A stretch of DNA of 63,771 nucleotides, filler included, from Reclinomonas americana ATCC 50394 (lineage: Eukaryota): the NCBI GenBank assembly GCA_048213135.1. It is 15 parts of 15 records of this genome, joined end to end, with 100 filler letters (N's around TTAATTAATTAA, not from the genome) between each part and the next. Parts side by side here need not be neighbours in the genome. Positions count along the whole stretch, not along the records: positions 37,286 to 48,539 come from AFZH01020594.1; positions 48,640 to 56,739 come from AFZH01020595.1; positions 56,840 to 60,832 come from AFZH01020596.1; 12 more parts are not named here. One strand, given 5' to 3'. Positions 47,001 to 57,021 of the stretch are shown one piece after another; positions within the stretch are counted from its first letter, which is position 1; each line of letters begins with the position of its first letter. The notes under the pieces were generated by a model. The model was not told the DNA's origin. It made no database searches and saw nothing but the letters and a program-made list of their open reading frames with translations. Both the position numbers and the translations under genes were made by a program.

Positions 47001-48019
47001 GTTGTTCATTTACAGCTGTGTTGCTCGAGTGCAGCTGCTCGTCGTCATGCCGCAGAAGTGGCATTGCTGTCACACACAGAAAACGCGGCGGAGACTGCCG
47101 AGTTGGAGAGACGAACAAAAGCCCGTCTCATCTCCCAGAACTGGAAGGTGTGCGCACTCCCCGTTTCTGTCGCGCCCTTACTCTCTCACTCACCCTTTCC
47201 AACCCATCACGCGCACAGCGTATTGTGGAAGTCACGCACCCCGAAATGCTCATGGAGGAGGCGGAGGATGAGCATGGCATGCGCACCGACCGCAATCCTC
47301 ATACCTCCATGCGCGACGGCTCGTTCACCAATCGCTCTAGCTTCCCAACCTCTCGTCCCGGTACGGCGGCAGCACCACTTACCGCCACCGACATCGGCAC
47401 CTTCCGCAACGCCGAGCCACCAACAGAGCGATACGGTGCCGATCTGCTGCCGGAGTCACCGTCGTCGCCCGACACGGCGAGATCGCCCTCGGCCCGCCAG
47501 CCACTGCTGTCGCCGCCATCCGTGACGACGACCACAACCACCACGACCGTGCCTCCCCCACCGCCAGTATCTGCCATGCAGCCGTCACAGCGGCGGCCTC
47601 CGAGTCGGGAGCCGGCTGCCGGTGGCAAGGTCGCTCGCAAATTCACTCGGCAGCCGGCCAAACCGACGCCTCCTGCACCACAACCACCGCCCAGACCAGC
47701 CGCACCGCCTCCGCCTCCTGCGCCGCACGCAGCACGACCAACGGCATCGTCGCTCCAACGTACGGCCTCGGTCGCCAGCTCGTCCGACCTGCAGCTGTCA
47801 CGACAACCGTCGGGACGCGCCACCACGCCGTCCACGCAGGCGCGTCGTCCGTCCGTGTCTGCCACTGGCGCACGGCAGGGAGCCGCGGAGCAGGAGGCCG
47901 CGAAACGGCGGCCAGCCACCACGGCTGCCGCCGGGTTCGATTTGAACGATGACGACGACGATGGGGAGGAAGAGGAGGACGACGGCGACGAGGAACCGCC
48001 ACCAGAGCACGGTTTGTAA
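38088..48019 (+). CDS. Giant LRR receptor-like protein 1: signal, PPC-like domain, LRRNT, ~40-45 plant-type LRRs with island, Cys-rich repeats, TM, kinase-less cytoplasmic tail; ~52 introns
   Basis: Exon-by-exon manual splicing gives one continuous frame: GDPDIYI (PPC-like), GDRW..NGW...PCQWEGVTC (LRRNT), repeated LxLxxNxLSGxLP units, CxxCPxGxYQ repeats, TM WWIVALVYIIVLLLFVYLLAHLI, and a Pro/Ser-rich tail. TAA at 48017-48019. Confidence 0.9.
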
Positions 48020-48256
48020 CTGCACCACTTGTGTGTTATTCATGTCTGCTTCTCTCTTTCTCTCATTCGTCCTCCGTGCGACAGTGACATTGGCGTTTGT
48101 GAAACGACGCGATGACCGTGGCGACGATGGTGGTGGCGTTGGTCTTTAATTAAAAAAAAAACACCTCGATATCAGCAGTGATGAAGATGATGGACGACTG
48201 CGACACACACTTCGCGCCACAACAACGAAAGAGGCACACAACGCACAAGCCACGCA

Positions 48257-51200
48257 ATGCGGCCGCTGGCGGTTTACACAGCGCAATGTAGACCGCCGCG
48301 ACGTCGACATCGACATCGCACACTGTTTCTCATTCTGCTCTCCGTGGCCCTTTTCACCTGCGTACTCTTCGATGGAGGAGGAGAGCACTCGTGGCTGCAG
48401 TGGCGCCCGCAAGTGCGCGGAGTGGCCGCCGAGGAGTCCACGGTGGTCGGCGGAGTGACCATGTATCGGTTTGTGTGTGTGTGTGTGCATGTGAGATGAG
48501 TTGATGAGAATGTGTCCGGAGGCTGGTGTGACACTCTCGNNNNNNNNNNNNNNNNNNNNNNNNNNNNNNNNNNNNNNNNNNNNTTAATTAATTAANNNNN
48601 NNNNNNNNNNNNNNNNNNNNNNNNNNNNNNNNNNNNNNNTCCCTCTCTCCCTCTCCCTCTCTTTCTCTCTCCCTCTCTCCCTCTCCCGCTGTCGTCGCTT
48701 ACGCTTGCTTGCTGGCGGGTACGCTCGCGCAGAACCCGTGCAGTTGGTATGGCATCACGTGCAACAAGACCGGATTCGTGACAAGCATGTTGCGTTGTCG
48801 CTGCTCCGATCACCGCGTGTCTCAAGTCTCTCACGGGTTCCGCGCACAGCAACATGCCAGACAATAATATCAATTGCCGCCTGCCCAACGCACTCCGCGA
48901 TATGAATGGCCTCATCACTCTGTTGCGTGATTCCAATCACCCGTACGGCAGTTTGCCGCCATCGCACCGCCTTACTTGTGCTGCCGCGGCAGGAATTTGC
49001 GCGGAAACAACTTCTTTGGCGAGGTTCCATACCAACTCTACGAGTTTTGCAGCTACATGTTTCGTGCGATGGTCGACGATCTCCGTCTGCGATGTGTCGT
49101 CGCACCTGACTCTCTCTCTCTCCGTGCAGTGACTTGGCGAACAATCAGCTGACGGGCGAGCTGAAGGCGGGTCCCAAGCCGTCCGCCAACTTGACGCACC
49201 TGTTGCGTGTGCTGCGTGCCGAAGACGCCAGCGTATGTGCCTTATTCTGTTCCTTGTCGCGCGCAGAGCACTTGGCGGCAACTCTTTTACCTCCTCCACG
49301 AAGACTGTTGGCTCCACGGTCACCAACTTTGTCTCTCCGACATTCTTTTCGCAGATCGGCTCGCAACTCACCTACCTGTTGCGTCTTCTGACAGTATCTT
49401 CGGTGTGAGTGAGTTACATGCGTGTTACTCACTCATCTTCTCGCGCAGCGATCTTGGACGGAATCGACTGAGTGGCCCCCTTCCTCCGGCTATCCAGAAC
49501 ATCACCACCCTCGAATATCTGTTGCGCCTCGCTCTCTTGTTCTGCCTCCTCTTTGTCACTGACTCTTCTCTGTGTGAGATAGTGACCTGAGTTGGAATCG
49601 GTTTGTCGATACAATTCCATCGTGGCTGTACACCAAATTGCCGTTATTGCAAGTCATGTTGCGTTTTGCACCGCATTCCATCCCCCTTTTCCATAGCGCC
49701 TTACTCGTTTGCGTGTTCGCAAGCGCAGCAAGTTGCAGAACAATCAACTTTTTGGTTCAATGCCCCAGCAAATCTTTCAGCTTGTCGACCTCTTGCACAT
49801 GTTCCGTCGTCGCCGCGACACGAATGTCGGGAGCAATGTCGTTTCTGTACTCATGGTCCTGTTCGTTCTGCTTGCGCAGCGATTTGTCGGAAAACAGGTT
49901 TTCAGGAATCATTAATTACCGTGCCCAGGCAGTTTCAAAACTGCAGTACCTGTTGCGACCCTGGCCGTGAACTCTGTTTGTCGTCTTTGTTCCTTCTTGT
50001 TCACAGCTTCTCTGCTCAGAAAACTTGGCGGCAATCCACTCGTCACTGGCGACATTCCGGGGTCGGTGTACGATTCACTCAACCTCAAGTTTCTGTGCGT
50101 ACACTAATTTTGTTACACGCCCTGTTTCCCTTTTTCCAATCTCTCTCACTGTGCACTTGCTCGCAGGAATCTATCGCGCACTGGCCTGTCCGGCTTTCTC
50201 AGTCCCGAGCTGAAGAAACTCACGCTACTCGAGGTTCTGTCGCTTGAGCAAATCCAGCTCACCCAGACGCCGTTGCCGAACACGCACCTTGCCGGCACCA
50301 TCCCGACAGAGATTGGGCTAGCGGCCTCTCTCCAGTACTTGTTGCGAAAGACACCGCTATGTGCTTGAGGTCGAGACTCTTCTCGTCTCTCACTCTCCTC
50401 GTTTTTGCCATCATTCTGCAGGAATATTAGCAGCACTGGCATGTCGGGCACGCTACCATCGTCCATGTCGTCGCTCACCAAGATGAGGGCAATGTGAGTA
50501 TTGTTGGCAGAGAACAGTCACGATGTGAAGCGCCGTTCACCTCTGCTCTCCCTTCCAGGGATGTGTCGCTGAACTCATTCACTGGTGCCTTCCCGGACAT
50601 GAGCAATTGGAGATTGCTGACCTATTTGTTGCGTCTCTGCTGCACGTCAGGCTGTGCGCAGACAATGTCGCTCACTTCGCACGAGAGCAGAGATTGTCGA
50701 CAAAATCGCTTCACTGCACCACCAGTAGCCGCGTTTTTCGCCCTTCCCAGTCTGATTTATGTGTTGCGTCGGCGTTCTCCTTTCTACTGACTGTGCATAC
50801 CCTCTGCCTTTGTCTCACACTGTCGCACGTGCCACTGTTGTAGCGACATGGACAACAATTTCATGGCTGGTAGTCTGCCCTCGTCGCTAGGAACAATCCA
50901 ATACTTGTTGCGTACTTTTTCTGCACCCACATACTTTTGCCACACGTCCCACTTGTCCTCTCGTCACAGCTCGATTCGCGGCAACCGGTTCACCGGGTCA
51001 CTGCCGACGGCCTACAACAATAGCGTGTTTCATTTGTTGCGTTCTTCGCATGCTACAGTGTGCCAGCGTTGTCGACGGTGCCGACGCTCACAGTGTCGTG
51101 CGGTGCAGAAATTTCGAGAGGAACTTGCTGTCGGGCACAATGCCGACGCAGCTCGGGCAGCTGACGCTCCTGAAATTCCTGTTGCGTCAGAGCCTGCGTG

Positions 51201-54200
51201 AGAGTGGGTGAGGGGATTTGCTTCTGACGGAAATCTCTGTGTGCAGGAGCGTCGGCTACAATCGACTGACAGGCTCTGTTCCCGATTTCAGTGACTTGGC
51301 CCAACTGTACTATCTGTTGCGTTCATGCTGGCTGGCGCTGCGTTTGCTTGATGGCGGAGACGTGACGTTCGTACGTGTAGTGACTTGTCTTTCAACGATT
51401 TCACCGGCACCGTGACGTGGGAGCGCGACAAGAACTTGTCGAAGCATCCGAATTTGCGCATCTTGTTGCGTCGCCTTTGTTGTTGCCATGGGCGGTGACT
51501 CTGCACGAGGAGGTTGCCATGGTTCTCATTATCGTTGTTCTGCAGTCGAGCGGTCGGCAACATGCTGTCGGGCCAATTGCCACAGTTTGCATCGAGTCCA
51601 GACTTGCGTGAGCTGTTTCGTCTCTCTCTCTCTCTTTGCATGCCTGCATGCGTGTTTTCACTGCGCTTTACATTTGACGACGCGAGTCGCAGTGTGGTGA
51701 CGCGCAATCGATTCAATGGTACCTTTCCTATTGAGGCGGGCGCTGCGAGGAGTCTGCGTGAATTGTTGCGTTGTGTTGTGGGTTTGCGAGAGTCTTCTGT
51801 TTGTTGCTACAGCTGACTGGGCGCTCAATCGCAGGCGCCTCGAGTCCAACGTGCTGAGCGGCACTCTGCCGGTGTTCACCAGTGACAAATTCATTCGTCT
51901 GCAATATTTGTGCGTGTCGCGTCCCGCGTAACTTGTGATATACTGCTTGTCCTGACGCACCGACACACCGACACACAGTGGTCTCGGCAAGAACAAATTC
52001 TCCGGCAGTGTGCCCACCAGCATCCGTGAACTCGACACAGTGATCCAAATGTTGCGCGCGCATTCGCGCAGCTCTGCATACTTCTTCATGCGCAGCGCTC
52101 ACTCTCTCTGTCCATCGAACAGGACTCTGCATGAGAATTCATTTACGGGCAGTATTCCGTCGCTTGGTGCTTTAGACTTTTTGGAAACCATGTGCGTGCA
52201 CCACTCCGTGCACGAGATGTGTATCGCGACTGCTCACTCGCATCGCCGATGCTTGTAGCCTTCTGCATGCCAACCAGTTCACAGGCACTCTCACACCACT
52301 GGTCTCTCTCACCTCTTGCCAGACAATGTGCGGCTGAGTTTGTTTTGCGTGTCGGTGTAATCGACTAATCGCTTCTTACCGTGTTTCTTCATTGTGTGTA
52401 GTGCACTGGCCAGCAACTCCTTGTCGGGCACAATGCCATCGTTTGTTGGCTTGCCGGCACTCAAGTATCTGTTGCGTTGTTGTCACGGTGGAGCTGTGTC
52501 AGTTCTTTGTTCATCAATCTGAACATCTCGTGTACCATCAGCGATCTTTCCGACAACTCGCTGGCGGGAGTGATTCCCGACATGCAGCCGGCGGTGCAGT
52601 TGCGCTTTCTGCTGCTGAAGAACAACAAGTTCACCACATTCCTGCAAGCCGGTCGTGCCACCAGTATGGTGGAACTGTTGCGCATTGAGCCTACTGTGAG
52701 TACTCGCGCGACGAAGGCACCGTTGCTGACTGTGAGACGCAGTGACATGCGCAACAATCCTCTGACCTCCATCACATTGTTGGAGGGTGCCACTGGCCTC
52801 ACGTACATGTTGCGTCGTGGGAGGGAGGAGAAGTGGGAGCGCGAACCAATCACCATCATGTTCTCCTTCCACACTCACGTACACACGCTCTCACGCTCCC
52901 GTCTTTCTCTGCTACTCCCTCGCCTCACACACCCTCATCTGCTGATGTTCACCGGTGTTTCGTGCGTGTGCACAGCGATCTGGTCGGCCTGCGCGACACC
53001 ACATACTCGCCAATCCTCTCCGGTTTCAAAGGGCTGGAGCACTTGTTGCGTGCTCTGCTTCTGTCTGCGTCGCCGCACCGTTCGCCTCGTTGCGCGCTAA
53101 CACCCCTTTTTCTTTTCTCTTGATTCGCAGTGATATCAGTGGCACGAAACTGCGCGGCAGCATGTTCCCCATCGAATTCTTGAATTCGCTCGAGTACCTG
53201 GATGTGAGTGGTCTCTCACTCACTGGCAACTTCAAACCGTGGCAGAATTTGACGTCACTGCTGGAGTTGTTGCGTGCGACTTTCGTGTCCATCCTGCTGG
53301 TGGGAGCCATTGATTGTTGACGTTGTTCGCTTGTGCATCATCTCCAGGCACATGCAAAGCTCCAGTATGGACGGAGCCATTGATCCGACAGTCAATCAGT
53401 TCACACGCTTGCGTTATTGGTGCGACACAACCCGGGATGTCCCTGCAATCCGCAGCTGCACTTACCACACAATTATTGACGCAGGAATCCGTCATCCACA
53501 TCACTCAGCGGCTCGCTCCCAGCAGGCATCAGCTCGCTTCGCAATCTCCGCGTATTGTTGCGTCTCGTTTACTCCTTTGTATCGTTTCAGCTTGCTCACC
53601 CTCGCACAGACTCTTGTCAAGCATGCCCAAGATGAACACTGCGCTCCCGGTTGCCTTCCAAAGTCTCTCCAGCTTATCGCACCTGTGCGTCTGCGACCGG
53701 TCGGCATGCCATTTTTATGTCTTCTCATCCATGTGCTTCTCCCCCACATGGCAGAGTGCTGTCCAAGATCAAATTAACGGGCGGCATTCTCAATGTAGTC
53801 TCGCCTGCACTCTTGGAGTTGTTGCGTTTTGGTGCCACTGTGTTTGCAACGACCGAGATAATAATGCAAGACTGAGCGCATTCGCACCGCAGGTCAGCGC
53901 CAAGTCTCGGGCTCACAGGACAGCTGCCTGCCGTCTCGGCACCCAAGATGTTGTATCTGTGCGTCTCTCCCGTCTGCACTTGCGTCGAGCACAACTGACA
54001 CTCATCGACGCAGAGATCTACACAACAATACGTTTACTGGCGAGTTCCCGCACTACGCAAACCTTCGTGGAGCGCTGTACATGTTGCGTACGGGTGGGGG
54101 TATGTGTGCACGCTCGTTCTGTGCGCTCATGCACACAACCCCAGAAACGTGGCCAACAATCGATTGAATCTGCTGACGGGATCGACGGCAAATGGGAAAA

Positions 54201-56739
54201 AATCGGCGAGCACAGTGGATGAATCACCGTCGCTATCGCTGGCCTCGGTCGGTGAACGGCCTCGGTTCTCGCTGCGAGCCGTGGACTCGCTGCTTGATCA
54301 AGTGGTGTATCTGTTGCGTGCATGGTGCTGGAACTGAAAGAGTGAGTGTGTGCCGAGTATTGACTGGGTATCGCGAATTGCGTGGCGTGTAGCAACACCG
54401 CCGGTAATCCGATTGAAGGGCTGTTGCCGACGGACCTCAGTTTCTTCCGTCGTCTCAGTTGGTGGTGCGTGGACCGGCAGTGTTTGCTGATGATGTGGTT
54501 GGTACTCACTGATCTTTTAACCGGTGCAGGGACGCCCGAAACAATTCGCTTCGAGGATCCCTGCCAAAGACCATTGGAAAAGTCAGCCGCCTGTGGTACC
54601 TGTGCGTCATGCTGAATCTGTGATATATGTAGGCCTCGGTAGCTGACAACGTTCACAGTGACTTGTCCGACAACGACTTCACGGGCCTCATTCCCAACGA
54701 ATTGGGCGACTTGACGCAGATGACGTACTTGTTGCGTGCAGCGAGGATCGCAAGAGAGTGCGCAATGAGCACCGTGGCATCTCATCTATTTCTCTCTCTG
54801 CCAGGAACTTGTCGGGCAATCTCTTCAAAACCAACGTGCCGTCGTTCTTTGCCAAAGTGAATTACACGGTCGATGTCAGTGGCAACGACTTTAGCTGCCC
54901 GATTTCCTCATACAACTCCACCAACCCGACCATCTCCTGCAGTTGTGTACGGAGGGGACGCACTAAGTTTTTACTGTCGCATGTGTACTCAAACAGTGTG
55001 TGCACTTCGTGCAGCGTGTCCGGCTGGCTACATTGTCGTCAAATTCACTTCACCGTGCCTCGGCTGCTCGCCAGGCACAATCGCTGCTACGCTGTCGGCC
55101 AAAGTGTGTACCAAGTGCGCCAAGGGCGAGTATCAACCGAAGAAGCTGGCCACGTTGCGTTTCCTTTTTCACAACGACGTGTGCGTGTTTTTTTGGTGAA
55201 TTCACCCTTAGCTTCTTCTCCGCCAACGCGCAGCAAATGCTTGAAGTGCCCTCCCGGTCAGTACCAGGATACGCTCGGCCAGTCGTCGTGCAAGCTGTGC
55301 CCTCCTGGGCTAAACATGACCAGCAGTGGCGCGCCCGTGTGCCTCCCATGTGCCAGTGGCCTGTACTCGCAGTACTACGGTGCTGTGTACTGTTCTTCGT
55401 GCCCGCCCGGCTTCATTTCGGGTGTACGAGCGCACTACTGCAACGAGTGCCCGCGCAACACGTACACGGAAGTGTACGGAGGCCGCGAGTGTCAGCACTG
55501 TCCCGAGTTCACCAGCTCAGAGCAGTCGGCCAGTTCCTCACGTTCTCTGTGCCAGTGTGATTTCGGTGCGCCGTTCTTTTGTCTTTTTCTTTGTCTGCTC
55601 ACCTCCTCCTGTCGCTAACTTTTACGGCGCGCAGGGTATATGGGACCGCCTGGGGGGCCTTGCGAGCGATGGTGGATTGCCGCCTTAGTGTTCATTGTTT
55701 TTGTGCTCGGCATTGTGTACATTGTGTCGGACGTGGCATCCAACGCCCTGTCCAAGCGGGTGCGCGCCCGGGCAAAGAAGGACGAGTTGGACCACGTGCA
55801 AGGTGGGGGCGTTGTCGACCTTTGCCTCGCACTGCTTTCAGCTAGTTAATCTCACTTTCCCTCGACCTCTCACGATCCGCAGTCGGCATGGGTACGGCAC
55901 CAGGACCGACCGGACCTCGCAGTGCTCGGTCACACGTGTCGGCACGCGAAACCGATCGCCAGAGCGAGCTCACCTACAACGAGGAGGTGGCCTTTGATGA
56001 CTTGCCCGAAGGGCAGGCCGCTCTTGGACTGCGCGGATTCGGTGACGGAGAGCAACTGCGACTCACTGGCGAGGAGGAGCAGTCGGATGTGCGAGAGCTG
56101 CTCCTCAATGTGCGCCGGCAGGCACAGATCGGTGAGTCACGTGTCGTTGCTGCGCGTGACGCGGGCGGTTCTTATATAAGGTGTATGTGCAGCTGCTCGG
56201 CGGCACGTGGCCGAGATTGCACTCAGTGCCCATGTCGACGGCGCGGAGACGGAGGAGCTGGAGCGCCGCACGCGTGCCCGTATCATTTCGCAGAACTGGA
56301 AGGTCTTTCTGTTTCTCCCCGTGCACGTGCCTTGCGCGTCGTGAACTCACTCGAAGCGATTCGTACGTGCGACTCGCAGCGCATTGTGGAAGTGACGCAC
56401 CCAGAAATGCTGATGGAAGAGGCGGAGGATTCACGAGGCATGCCCACAAGCCGCAATCCCTTCTCAGCCATGCAAGACGGTTCGTTCACCAACCGCTCCG
56501 GCTTCCCCACGACAAGACCAAACACCGCCGCTGCTGGCGCCTCCTCCGCCACCACCGCCGCCACCCCGCCCAGCGGGCTGGGACCGACTACCGCTGCTGG
56601 CGGCTCCATTTCTTCGGTGGTGGTTCGGACAACAGTACCTGGTCACGGCGGCCTCGGTGTCGGCGGCAGCTCCGCCACCTCGGCCAGTAACTCGGCTCTC
56701 GCCTCCCCGCACATGCAGACGCCGTCGCCAATCGACAGT
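48257..56739 (+). CDS. Giant LRR receptor-like protein 2, tandem paralog; exons 2-4 fall in gap 48540-48639 and the 3' end in gap 56740
   Basis: Collinear exon for exon with copy 1 (e.g. NMPDNNINCRLPNALRDMNGL, TWERDK, GNFKPWQNLTSL, CERWWIAALVFIVFV, RIVEVTHPEMLMEEAED). The first exon ends in the same GVTMYR. Confidence 0.9.
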
Positions 56740-57021
56740 NNNNNNNNNNNNNNNNNNNNNNNNNNNNNNNNNNNNNNNNNNNNTTAATTAATTAANNNNN
56801 NNNNNNNNNNNNNNNNNNNNNNNNNNNNNNNNNNNNNNNAGAGAGACAGAGAACTAACGAGGAAGTCGGAGGACGACAACAAGATGCTGAGACTGGTTCT
56901 GCGATCGAAAGCGAGAATGCGAGGAAACTGAAAAGACGGAGGATGATGAGAGAAGACAGAGCGAGTGAAGCAATAGAGAGTGGACATGAAACGGAGTGAA
57001 GCTCTCTCTCTCAACCAAGTA

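Noticed and set aside
39692..55160. Reading the LRR donors as GC-AG introns starting 3 nt later (ttgtt|GCGT), or as frameshifted pseudogenes
   Set aside because: A later cut adds a residue and breaks the 24-aa period, and it cannot apply to the GTTTCGT or GTTGAGT variants. GT-AG splicing gives an unbroken frame in both paralogs.
39692..55160. Introner (transposon-derived) origin of the GTTGCGT introns
   Set aside because: Intron bodies share no visible similarity beyond the splice signals, positions are shared between diverged paralogs, and the donor class switches at homologous sites.
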